A DNA stretch of 50,724 nucleotides from Basidiobolus meristosporus CBS 931.73. Lineage: Eukaryota; Fungi; Basidiobolomycota. The stretch spans positions 1-50,724 of the forward strand of contig MCFE01000639.1 in assembly GCA_002104905.1 (NCBI GenBank), read 5' to 3'. Below are positions 1 through 10,743 of the stretch, piece by piece (positions within the stretch are counted from its first letter, which is position 1; each line of letters begins with the position of its first letter). The notes beneath the pieces were generated by a model that was not told the origin of the DNA, made no database searches, and saw nothing but the letters and a program-made list of their open reading frames with translations. The translations under genes were made by a program, and so were the position numbers.

Positions 1-333
1 AATTGGAGCATGAAGGATGCCAACTCAGGGCAATCAAAGCTTTTAGGAATTATTCACAACTTCCCTCTCATCATTGAAGGAATGCCCCGCAAGATCCCAG
101 TATTCATTTGTGCAAAGGCTAACTTTGAATTACTTCTTGGAAGACCATGGGAGGTGAAAGCAAGAGCAACTGCAGTGAACTACCCAGATGGTTCAGCATG
201 GTATACTATATACTCAGAGAGCCCAGGACTAACAGCAACCTTCTGTGGTGTGGACTCAAACAATATCCAATCAATGACATCATGTAGATTTCTTTCTCAA
301 GAAAGGACAGGTGGCTTCATTGAGGAAGACTGA
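1..333 (+). CDS. Ty3/gypsy retropepsin-like aspartic protease, C-terminal part (element A; frame open from window start)
   Basis: KDANSGQSKLLGIIHNFPL...FELLLGRPW...DGSAWYTIYS resembles the C-terminal half of fungal Ty3/gypsy proteases. The catalytic DSG-type motif would lie upstream of the window. Stop at 331-333, 78 bp before LTR-A. Confidence 0.75.
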   Translation, partial: NWSMKDANSGQSKLLGIIHNFPLIIEGMPRKIPVFICAKANFELLLGRPWEVKARATAVNYPDGSAWYTIYSESPGLTATFCGVDSNNIQSMTSCRFLSQERTGGFIEED

Positions 334-366
334 GAGAGCACTTTGTTCTCCAAACTTACAGTGGTT

Positions 367-411
367 AGCTAAAAAGTTCCCTGAAACTTTTTAGCTCAAG
401 TGGGGGGTGGA
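367..411 (+). promoter_or_regulatory. Perfect 12-bp hairpin followed by polypurine tract (PPT) of element A
   Basis: AGCTAAAAAGTT (367-378), loop CCCTGA, AACTTTTTAGCT (385-396); then AAGTGGGGGGTGGA (398-411) abutting the TG of the LTR. Confidence 0.8.
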
Positions 412-1215
412 TGTGGTAGGGTAAACATACCTCCCACAGACAAGTTTATTCATATAGTTATTATGATATACTTATCCATATTTTATCTTATCAGTATTAT
501 CCCATTCTTCTTTTGCCCATATCATCAGTATTATCCCCATATGATGTTTACCCTGATTAGTTATTAGCATTAGTTATCCCAGATGTTATTAAGCTTTGTG
601 ATCAGTAGATGTATCTATATAAGGCAAGTACCCGTGTCAGTACCCGTGACACATGACCTAGGTCTGTGTTACCATCCCTACCATTTCAATACCATATATG
701 GTATTTCTATGTTGCACAGGTTTCAGACTACTGATTCCTGATTGGTTGAGAGTGCTGTGCCTCTTAGAACCTTCCAGAACATTCTTGGCATATTTTTAGC
801 TCATAGTGATGTCATCAAGAATTCCACTGATACCTAGAATCTTCTAGAACCTTGTCATTAGTAATCACTTGGCAATCAGGAAAAGTATTTAAGGGAAAGC
901 AATCCCTCATCAATAAATCATCCCTTCTATCAGTAACACTTCTACCTTATTGATTAGCAGTTGATCACTGCACCTGCCTTCAACAGTACATCTAAGACCT
1001 GCCATTAAGGAGCTTTTCAGGGTAGTGCACAAGACACACCGAGGCCTTTGGAGACACTTGGAGCACCTAGGAAGCTAAAGAAGCAGGAGCTTTTACCATA
1101 GTGACATATTGACAAAGACACCAGCAGTTTAGACACAGAGGTTATTGCACCCATCAGACACCTCACACACCTTGAGTTGTGTAGCTTCTCCCAGGAGTAC
1201 CTCTACACCACCACA
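412..1215 (+). mobile_element. LTR family A, 3' LTR (804 bp)
   Basis: TGTGGTAGG...CCACCACA termini, preceded by PPT; TATTTAA then AATAAA near 886-917; near-identical inverted copy at 1703-2506. Confidence 0.9.
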
Positions 1216-2639
1216 GCGGTTTCCTGGGAGTGTCCTGTGGTCTAGGGTTGGAAGTTCAGGTAGCAGCAGGTAGCAGTGATCACGCTAATCAACAAGTTGG
1301 TATATTGATAAAAGGGATGATGATTTATTGTTGAGGGATAGCCTCCCTTATATACTTTTCTTACCGGCTAAGTGATTACTAATCATGGTGTTCCAGAAGG
1401 TTCCGGATATCAATAGAAATCTTAATGACATCAGAATGACCTAAGAATGTTCTAAGTAGGTGCCAGAAGTTTCTAGGAGGCACAGCACATCCAACCAATC
1501 AGGAATCAGTATTCTGAAGCCTGTTTAACATCGGGATACCATATATGGTATGGAAATGGTAGGGATGGTAACACGGGTTGATCATGTGTCATGGGTACTG
1601 GCGCGGGTACTTGCCTGATATTGAAGTACTTATAGCTAGTAATCTTACATAAAGTGAGGGGTAACTTATGCAATAAGGTAAGCAGGTGTGATAGGCAACT
1701 GGTGTGGTGGTGTAGAGGTACTCCTGGGAGAAACTACACAACTCAAGGTGTGTGAGGTGTCTGATGGGTGCAATAACCTCTGTGTCTAAACTGCTGGCGT
1801 CTTTGTCAATATGCCACTATGGTAAAAGCTCCTGCTTCTCTAGCTTCCTAGGTGCTCCAAGTGTCTCCAAAGGCCTCTGTGTGTCTTGTGCACTGCCCTG
1901 AAAAGCTCCTTGATTGCAGGTCTGAGATGTACTGTTGAAGGCAGGTGAAGTGATCAACTGCTAATCAATAAGGTAGAAGTGTTACTGATAGAAGGGATGA
2001 TTTATTGATGAGGGATTGCTTTCCCTTAAATACTTTTCCTGATTGCCAAGTGATTACTAATGACAAGGTTTTAGAAGATTCTAGGTATCAGTGGAATTCT
2101 TGATGACATCACTATGAGCTAAAAATATGCCAAGAATGTCCTGGAAGGTTCTAAAAGGCACAGCGCATTCAACCAATCAGGAATCAGTTGTCTGAAACCT
2201 GTCCAACATAGAAATACCATATATGGTATTGAAATGGTAGGGATGGTAACACAGACCTAGGTCATGTGTCACGGGTACTGACACGGGTACTTGCCTTATA
2301 TAGATACATCTACTGATCACAAAGTTGAATAACATCTGGGATAACTAATGCTAATAACTAATCAGGGTAAACATCATATAGGGATAATACTGATAATATG
2401 GGCAAAAGAAGAATGGGATAATACTGATAAGATAAAATATGGATAAGTATATCATAATGACTATATGAATAAACTTGTCTGTGGGAGGTATGTTTAACCT
2501 ACCACACCGGCTTATGGGATAGTACTGATTGGGTAAGACAAATGGGATAAAACTAAAATAAGTGTAGTAGAGATATAGGGAAGTAGAAAATAAGGGAATG
2601 AGCACATCTGTCAGTGGGTGTCACTGTCTCCCCACTACA
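1216..2639 (-). mobile_element. LTR family B (partial, interrupted by two family A insertions)
   Basis: 1216-1702 plus 2511-2639 align collinearly with the uninterrupted LTR-B at 28043-29089. Ends CCCACTACA at 2639; TATATAA and AATAAA on the minus strand. Confidence 0.9.
1703..2506 (-). mobile_element. Solo LTR family A with 4-bp TSD (CTGG/CCGG)
   Basis: Reverse complement of 412-1215 with roughly 3% differences by eye. Flanks CTGG (1699-1702) and CCGG (2507-2510); the empty site in LTR-B near 28957 has a single CTGG. Confidence 0.92.
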
Positions 2640-3234
2640 CCGCTATTATGACAGGTAAAATCCGGTATTTGGATATGTTTCTTTAATGTAAATGGAAATA
2701 AATGCGTATCACACCATAAACTATACTGGTACTTACCATTTTGGTTACCCTCACTCCAATTGGACGGTATCTCAGTGGTTAATTGATCCAAAAGTATCCT
2801 GAAGCTGGCAGCCCCCATTTGGCTCATTGACTACTGAAAAAGCTACCTGATTTGCCATCAAATATCCCATTTTGCCCATTAAGCAAGTAAATCCCAGATC
2901 CTAGTGATTGGACAAGGTGTCATAGCTAGCACGCAAGCAATTGTGTAGGTGCAAAACAGATCCAATAGCTGCACTGGTATTACAGATGACATATATATAT
3001 GCAGGGTGTTTATTTATAGGGGTTCCGTCTCTAATGTGAGGCAACCTTGATATTACTTACATCAAAAATTTGATGATCACTGATTTGCAATGGCTTGATT
3101 TGGATTGCAAAAAAAAAGGGTTGTTGGGATCATTATTAATGTGAGCAATTCAAAGCAATTGCATCATCTTCTCCTGGGTTTTTTTCTCACAGGGATTATT
3201 ACTGAAGCATTTGGTAGTGACTCACTTTGCACAC

Positions 3235-4491
3235 CTATACTACTTCCTGGCTGACTATCATCTTGGCTACTGTGTATTTGTAGTCAGTATTTTGCCTCCT
3301 AGTTGATGAGTGCAATGCTGCAGCTTGGCCATGCTGAATTGCTCCAACTGAACCAACTGAACCGGCCTGTAGTGCCACGCTCTGACGCGTTCTTTTACTT
3401 GCCAAGGGCTCTGGTGGTTGAGGCACTTCATGTTGGTCATCATCAGTCAGTTCACCAGAAGTAACTCGCTGATGGTCAGGCAAAACGGCACGCGCAGGCA
3501 TGCCTTGACGTGTTGAGATGGCCCTTGGCTGAGTTTGATGTGATGCCGCATGTTGACACAACTTGGTCCGCTCCAATGGACTTGTGTCTAAATGAGCAGT
3601 TTGGCAAGTTCTTGTAGTTTTGCTCTGAAGCATGCGCGTTGACTCAATGCCGGGCATTCTGGTAAAGGGTGTTGGCATGGTCTGGACTGACATGTGCCGG
3701 CGCACTGTGGTTGCAAGAGATGGTAGGGAATCCAGCAAGGCGTGCTGGCGCAATCTGGACAATGTTGCTTGCGGTCTGTATTCTTCCTCCTGAAGCTCAC
3801 TATCTGATTCCTCAAGGTATTCACTTACCCTCTGTCTGATACTTTGGAGCTGTTGCCTGGATGAGTCCTGTGTATATTGCTCTCGGAAGCCACTTAGCTC
3901 CACTAATATATCACGTAGTACATTAGTCATTTGAGGCAAAGACTCATTCAAAATCTCTTTGGTTCGCAAAGTTGAGGCACAAATGGATGCGTCCAGCCCG
4001 TACTGTGCAAATTGCGCGCAAAATTGTTCCTGTGTGGCTTCTTTGTCAAATCCCCTCACTCTCAGCTCATTCTTGATTTCAATACTTGTCTTGTTATATA
4101 TCTTTTTACATACATTGGCTGGCATCTTGATGTAGAACTCATGCCACAGCTTTCTACTCAAATTCTTCCATCTTTGTTGACTCTCTGAGGTATCTAGTTC
4201 TGCTTGATTAATCAGCAGTGCCCAAATATCTGTATGAAGGCTCATCATAGACACTTGGGCCATACTAAAATCATTTGGTGAGAACTTGAGCGGATTGACA
4301 CTAACTTTTCCGGTCTGGACAGCGCTTGTGAGCTGGGGGATGGGTTTTGTCTGGGTTGTACTAAAGATGAGTTGAGGCTTGGTATGGGGACCATAGCAAC
4401 GGATTTGGATACTTATACAGCAGTATATTGGCATCAACCTGGTTTTATATGAAATATGTATGAAAACTAATGTGATAGTTGAATTTTCCAT
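3235..4491 (-). CDS. Hypothetical 418-aa protein, probable Harbinger partner ORF (possible Myb/SANT-like and SAP-like segments)
   Basis: Long intact ORF divergent from a DDE transposase 262 bp away. QQRWKNL resembles MADF/Myb-SANT helix 3; TSIEIKNELRVRG weakly resembles SAP. Start codon uncertain. Confidence 0.55.
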   Translation of the reverse strand: MENSTITLVFIHISYKTRLMPIYCCISIQIRCYGPHTKPQLIFSTTQTKPIPQLTSAVQTGKVSVNPLKFSPNDFSMAQVSMMSLHTDIWALLINQAELDTSESQQRWKNLSRKLWHEFYIKMPANVCKKIYNKTSIEIKNELRVRGFDKEATQEQFCAQFAQYGLDASICASTLRTKEILNESLPQMTNVLRDILVELSGFREQYTQDSSRQQLQSIRQRVSEYLEESDSELQEEEYRPQATLSRLRQHALLDSLPSLATTVRRHMSVQTMPTPFTRMPGIESTRMLQSKTTRTCQTAHLDTSPLERTKLCQHAASHQTQPRAISTRQGMPARAVLPDHQRVTSGELTDDDQHEVPQPPEPLASKRTRQSVALQAGSVGSVGAIQHGQAAALHSSTRRQNTDYKYTVAKMIVSQEVV

Positions 4492-4753
4492 ATATTATGC
4501 ACAATGCATCTTGGATTGCGTCGACACGGATCAGATCACATCAATTGCAGATTTCCTATTTGATTATAGACCTATGATTAACGCATCAATAAAAGTACCA
4601 AAGCATTGTTTGCGGATGATTTTTGCAACATAATGATGGAATACATGGCAATTGATGGAGATTTAGCCATAATGTATTAAAAATCAGATAAATAATGCAG
4701 ATTGCGCCAAATCAATTCAAACCACCTCCATACAATCATCCATCAATTTTAAT

Positions 4754-5637
4754 ATGACTTGCTCATCTGAATGGTCTTTTCTCATCAATCCCATCACTAC
4801 CACTGGATTTCCTTTTGACACGCTAGATGAGATCTATTCCAAGTACTGTGGACCATCAACCCCAATTTACTCAAGGAGATCCCTTGTTAAGCTTCTCTGC
4901 TATTACAAGAACTATTGCCCTACAAGGTTTCATCCCACCATCCATGGCAACAAAAGTCCTAGAAGCTTTCATTCCCAGCTGACAGCAATGGAGAACCACC
5001 TTGCAGAGGGTATGAATGACTTAGAGCAAGCTTGGAATACTAGGTTCAGAAGCTCCAATAGACTTCCATATCCTAGAGTGTTCAGCAACAGGTTCCATAT
5101 CAGGAGTATTTTGGATACCTTCCCAGTGAGGATTAACAGACCTTCTAGATGGCAGAGGCACTTTTATTCTGGCAAGTACAAGGCACACTGTGTGAAGTTT
5201 CAAGCACTGTCTGACATTGAGGGTAACATCATCTGGTTTAGTGGGCCATTTGCTGGAATTAGGCATGACAAAGCACTCTGGGTAGAGATTCATCTTGAAT
5301 TTGGTAGAGGGGAGAAATGTATGGCAGACTTAGCCTATTTAGCAGTGGATTGTCAGAGATTAGGATGTATTACAGCTTATAGGAAGCCAAGGAATGGTGT
5401 GCTTAGCAGGAAGCAGAAGCTCTACAATGAGATATTTAATCTTTCAGAGTAAGGGTAGAGCACACATTGGGATATCTGAGGAGATTCAGCATATTGGCAG
5501 GTAAATACAGAGGAAAGTCATATATAGGTGAAAACAGCAGAATAGGTAAAATAGTTGAGATACTTATTAATGCACAGTATGCTCATACAAGAAGACATCC
5601 ACAGAGAGAAATGTGTCTGGAGCATTATGAAGAGTAA
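4754..5637 (+). mobile_element. PIF/Harbinger (IS5-like, DDE_Tnp_4-type) transposase with one -1 frameshift near 5441
   Basis: Motifs ILDTFPV, FYSGKYKAHCVKFQ, GIRHD, MADLAY, RKP...QKLYN. After the frameshift the frame continues RVRVEHTLGYLRRFSIL to TAA at 5635-5637. Confidence 0.88.
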
Positions 5638-5711
5638 ATAAAGCAAGGAAAGCACTATTTTGAGCAACATAAGTAAGATTGAGTAAAATTACCAGTAACT
5701 GTATCATACCA

Positions 5712-5806
5712 CTGGCATCATGGTAGAAATTATAGTGCCAGATGGTGGCGTAGAGTGCCAGATCAATCCGGCACCATAAACAGGCTGGCACTATGAGGCA
5801 CTATCC
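5712..5806. repeat. Cluster of inverted/direct TGGCACTA-like motifs 3' of the transposase
   Basis: TATAGTGCCAG (5731), TAGAGTGCCAG (5751), GGCACC (5770), CTGGCACTATG (5785), AGGCACTATC (5796). Confidence 0.6.
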
Positions 5807-7253
5807 AACGGAACAAGTCTACTAAGTTAAATGGCAATTGTTGGGTGTTATATGTACTCTAATTTTGCATGCAAAAAGTGCTTGCTCTATATACTGATCC
5901 CATCTACTGACAACTCCATTTGCATACTTGGTCAGCATTTTCCTAAAAAATCCATTACACTGATCAGTGACTTCATTAGTTCTAAGGCAATATGCCGGGG
6001 TTTTCAAGTGTCTGATATGCTGCATTTCCAGGCAAGCTTCCAATGTCTTTGCCACAAAGTATGCTCCTCTATTGGACAAAATCTCTACAGGGTGTCCAAA
6101 CTTCATAAGGATCTCATGGTAGATAAAACTTGCAACTTCTTGTTCACTGGCTACATGTACTGCTTTATCCACTGGACATTTTGTGGCATGGTAAATTGCA
6201 ATTGGGATCCAACAATTGCATTTCCTAGTAGTTGGCAGTCTTCCAATAAAGTTGATTCCCCATCTTTCAAATGGTCTTACAGGCTCCAAAGAAAAGAGTT
6301 TGGCAATTCTCTGTGGTTGGCTTTGGTTGGTCTGGCAATTTGGGCAGGTTTTTACTGGTTTCTCAATGTCTTGTGTCATTCTGGGCCTCCACACTCTGGC
6401 TTTCACAAGGCTACAGGTTCCTTCAGTTCCAAGATGTCCATATCCATTGTGTGGCATATGTATTAATTCCAGGTGAGCAACATAAGGGCAATAAGCAACA
6501 GGGCTTCCATCCACAATTTGGTAGAGTGTTTCATCCTGTACTACAAATTTGCTGGCTTTATCCTGGACTATCTTCTTGATATTGTAGTCCACCTCATTAG
6601 GAATAGCTTAGTCCTCCAAGTCCTTGGGTAATAGGCTAGGCTAATCTGATTCATGCACCAAGTTGAGTTGAGCAACTTGTTCTAATCTTGATAAGGCATC
6701 AGCCACTGTGTTGCTTTTCCCAGGGCAGTAGACAATCTCCAAATCAAATTGCTGAATATATTCACTTCACATTGTCATTCATATAGAGAGTACCTTCTGT
6801 TGAGCAGTCTTCATAATTTATTTGACTCCTTCAATATAGCATCATCATGTCATCAAGCAGTGTATTATAGAAAGCAACTCCTTCTCATGCACTGGATAGT
6901 TTGTTCAGCTGAGCTCAGTGTTATTACACTTATAGGTATTGTTGTTGCTGAGGATATCAGCTAAAGGGGCTGTAATACTTGCAAAGAACTTGACAAATCT
7001 CTAATGATAGGAAACTATTCCAAGAATTGATCTGAGTTCCAATATGCTATGGGGCTGCTTCAGATTCTTGATAACTTCAACCTTCTTAGGGTATAAGTTC
7101 ACTCCTGCACTAGTCACTATGTGTTGCAGATATTCAACATCTTCTTTGACAAACTTACACTTGACTATCTTACCATATAGTGGGTTCTCTCTTAGCTTCT
7201 TCAAGACTTTTTCAATGTGCACCATATGACCCTCTTCTGTCTTGCTGTACAGC

Positions 7254-7405
7254 TGTTACAAGTCTGATAAGGATCTGCTGATTTATTTACTGACTAATGC
7301 TACTGATTTGATAGATAATACTAATATATTGATAACCTAAACAGATACTAATTGATCTGACTAAAAGCTGATCTAACTTAAACATTCAAGCAGCAGATTA
7401 TAACA
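7254..7405 (-). mobile_element. Internally deleted solo LTR-C (152 bp) inserted in the RT YxDD motif
   Basis: TGTTACAAGTC joined to TGATAAGGATC...TAACA; flanks CAGC/TAGC; splits the RT frame YPDDILL|YSK. Confidence 0.88.
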
Positions 7406-9162
7406 TAGCAGTATGTCATCTGGGTAGATTATCACAAACTTGTCTTAGTGTTTCTGGAAGACAGTCTGCATCAGGGTCATGAATGTCACAGGGGCATTGG
7501 TGAGGCCAAAGCTCATAACTAAGTACTTATAATACCCATATATAGTCCTGAATGCCATCATAGGGATGTCTTATGGCTTCACCCTAATCTGGTTGTATCC
7601 TGACAAGAGGCCAATCTTGCTGAAAATAGTGGCTTCATTGAGTTGGTCCAGAAGCTCATCAATCCAAGGTTTGGGATACTTATTCATCATGGTAGCTGAG
7701 ATGAGGGCTATGTAGTCAATGCACATCCTAAGTGCTCCATCCATCTTTTTAACAAAAAGTTAAGGTGCTTCCCAAGGTGAAACCAGTCTGGCAGGTAATT
7801 GCTCATAGGTCTTGTTGTCCTTCTGGATCTGAGCAGCATGGCTTCTCCAGTTGATTGGTGGATTACAATAAAATAGCCTGATTTTTTCAAGTACAAGGTC
7901 AAGCTTGCAGCTCCCAAATATATTTGCATGGAGGTCTTCTTCATAATCATTTATCATCATCCTTACTGGCTGAGTAATGTGGTTAATTATGTGAGAGTTT
8001 CCATCAGCAGTAGAGACTGGAGCTGATTTGGAGGGTTCTAAGTTGATTCCAGCTCTGAAAGCAAATTGCTCCTACATGAACTCATGCAATGCTCCTGAGT
8101 CAGTCATGATCTTGGCAGGTACTCCATTGCTTACTCTATTCACGTATAATAGCTTTCCTGAGTTTGAGGTCATTTGGGATAGGTATTCTTCTGTCATAAG
8201 GAAGGTGAGTTCTGAGTCTTCTTCAAGTTCATCCTCCATGTTACTATGCTCAAGGGCTTCAACATGGTGAAGGTTCTTGATGGCTGGTGTCCATTTCTTC
8301 TCTGAAGGCAGTACTTTGCAATATGTCCCTGCTGGTGGCAATTGAAGCAAAGTCCTTTCTGCCTACATTCTTCTGAGGTACAATTCTTCTGCATATCATC
8401 TATTTCCCTTGGCACTGCTTCTCATTGTCTTGTTTCATTAGGATTGTACACTCTGTGACAAGTCATTGTTGGCTTACCAAATCCAAATATAGTTGGATCA
8501 TAGTCAATGCCTATTGTCATGGCTTCTTCAATAGTCTGGGGACTTCAATAGTTCACTTCCTTGCAAGTTCTTTCTTTTGACCCATCAATAAAGTATTCTA
8601 CTTGATCCAGGGAGTCCATTCTTTCAATTGGTTCAAGTAGACATCTATATTTGTAGATGTACTCTTGAACCATTACTTTCTGTTGGAGTGTCTTCAGCTT
8701 TCTTTGTAGTAGTGTTTGCTGCCATGGAAGTTTGAAAGCATCCTGAATTTCTGACACAAACTCATCCCACGCTGAGATTGTAGAGCATCCCATTATGATT
8801 GCAGACCAGATCTTGTTGCAGTACCACTGTAAGCTGCATCTGCCAGGTGAGAGGCTGCATAATATCACTTACTTTCTGGAGCAACTCCCTTGGCCTTGAA
8901 AGCTTCTTTAATCTGGAAGAGCCAAGTTCCCAGGTTTTCATTGACTCTACAATGGTAGCGGTTGACCTTCACACTAAAGTTGCTCTTGACAGGGTTTTGC
9001 TGGCTTTGGGCCATGGTAGCTGTTCCTTGTTGCTGCTGGCTAAGGATCTGGAGTAACTGTTGCTGTTGGGCCAGGATTTGCTGCATAGCATTCTTCCATT
9101 CTTGAATTTTGGACATCTTGAGGGAGGCTTCTTCTGTAGTTGGGAGGGAGGATTATGTAATT

Positions 9163-9172
9163 GCTGCCACCA
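9163..9172 (-). promoter_or_regulatory. Primer-binding site TGGTGGCAGC (tRNA 3'-end type, Leu-like)
   Basis: Lies 1 nt inside the LTR-C end, between the LTR and gag. The tRNA identity is inferred from common gypsy PBS sequences. Confidence 0.75.
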
Positions 9173-9173
9173 A

Positions 9174-9542
9174 TGTTACAAGTCTTGGCATAAGAGTTGT
9201 AGAGGAATAGGGAGTTTAGCTGGTATTGTATTCACTAAAGCTTGAACTGATTTTTACTGAGGTTCTAGCAGCTCCTTATATACATTATTGCCAGATCAAT
9301 TGCTGACTGATTGTACTTCCTAATATAGGTTGTGGCTAATGACTCATTGGATTGCATTATCATCACCCTATCAGATCCTACTTAATATATCTATTCCTGT
9401 CTGAGAAGGATCTGCTGATTTGTCTGCTACTAATGCTACTGATTTGATAGATTACACTGATATACTGATAGGGTAAACATATAACTAATTGATCTGACTA
9501 CAAACTGATCAAACTCAAACATTCAAGCGGTAGATCCTATCA
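9174..9542 (-). mobile_element. LTR family C, 5' LTR of the gypsy element
   Basis: 369 bp, TG...CA; TATA-like box then AATAAA-like signal on the minus strand; adjacent PBS. Confidence 0.88.
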
Positions 9543-10743
9543 CCATTGCACCTAATTGCCCCATCAATAAATTTGTGTGAGCTGACAGCAAACTTGTCAG
9601 CTCTGGCAGTGGTGATGATATGATAGCCATTTGATGATCATTTGCTGGTCTTTTATCAGGCATAACGCATTTGCTACATACTCATCTCTCCAGGTACTTT
9701 TGGAAGCCTGCACCTTCACTGAGATTCTGAATTACCCACTTGGCCAAGTGCCTTCAGTAAGTGTAGGCCACAGTTAGACCATCAGAAGGCCATGCCATTT
9801 TTGCCAAAGACTGTTACAATACTGCCAAGACTTTAGCTTTATTTTGGCAATGAAATTAGCAAAATGACATCACAATCTTGTTGTATTCTAGGCTGCTGGC
9901 ACTATGATGAACTCATTGCATGATCCAGATGGCTGATCTGGATTGGATCCACCCTTGGACAAAATTTTTTTATAGGGGAAGTCCTTGCTCATTGAGAAGA
10001 ACAGCACAGCACTGATCCCTGTATCTAGACTGGGCACAGTCAGGCAGAAGATGCAGGAAATTAGCTGTTGCATCCTTGCAATGCCTTGAGACCCCCCTGT
10101 TTTGTTGCATATTTGCCATTGATGAGTAACACTTGTGTTAAGATATTTGGAGACCTGGTATAAGCTGCAATAGCACCAGAAGTAGAACTCTCAATCAAAG
10201 GACTCAGCAAAGAAATTCAAAAGCACCTCAAGCTGCACTTTTAAGAAGGAACAATTGCAGGGAAGATTTGCAAACATATTAACAACACTGGCTAGTTGAC
10301 CCAATTGATCCACCAAGTTGCTGTATTACAACTGTGGTAGTGGCTTGCCAAAGGGCAACTCAATAGCCAGTACAAAGTTCAACTCAAAGAATCCGCAGAA
10401 ACTGCCACAGACTCTGAGGGTACCATGAGGCAAGTGTGAAAATGCCTTGATTGGCCCATAGTCTCTACAGAAGGACTACATTATATCTCTGAAGAAGCAA
10501 AAACTGATTACCAACAATGGATAACTGCCAAAAAAATATATGCCCACTTCAAAAGGGGCCCCACCATCTTGTTGAATACATCTAGGACAGGCCCCAACAA
10601 CACTTGCAGCATGAAGAAGCAAGACTTTGTTGCATTACTACATCTCTTATTGTTCTCCAATCCCAAAAGCAAAATTGACCCTGGAGAAACAAGTTAGTCA
10701 TATATCTTTGAGGACAAAGCTTCCCCTTGACCCCTGAGATATA

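Larger units (their letters stand above)
5822..9542 (-). mobile_element. Degenerate Ty3/gypsy element (5' LTR family C, PBS, gag, PR, RT, RNase H, integrase); 3' end missing
   Basis: gag from 9116 (WDEFVSEIQDAF; knuckle CFNCHQQGHIAKYC), protease DSGA, RT (LRMCIDY, FGLTNAP, YPDDILL), integrase HHCC (HNGYGHLG...CPNC) and core (PFERWGINF). Many stops and frameshifts. Confidence 0.93.

Noticed and set aside
2351-2605. Hydrophobic 84-aa ORF, and similar short ORFs at 35590-35853, 39009-39383 and 30098-30340
   Set aside because: They lie wholly within LTR sequences and are not conserved as ORFs between LTR copies.
2640-3234. Left terminal inverted repeat of the Harbinger-like module
   Set aside because: Only a 7-bp match (GTTCCGT) to the right-end region was found. 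The true left end may lie beyond the LTR-B insertion, outside the window.
5831-6466. 211-aa plus-strand ORF
   Set aside because: Antisense shadow of the gypsy integrase with no recognisable motifs.
9170-9546. CCAA/CCAT as the TSD of a solo LTR-C
   Set aside because: The left flank is a PBS (TGGTGGCAGC) 58 bp from gag, so this is the 5' LTR of the gypsy element, not a solo LTR.
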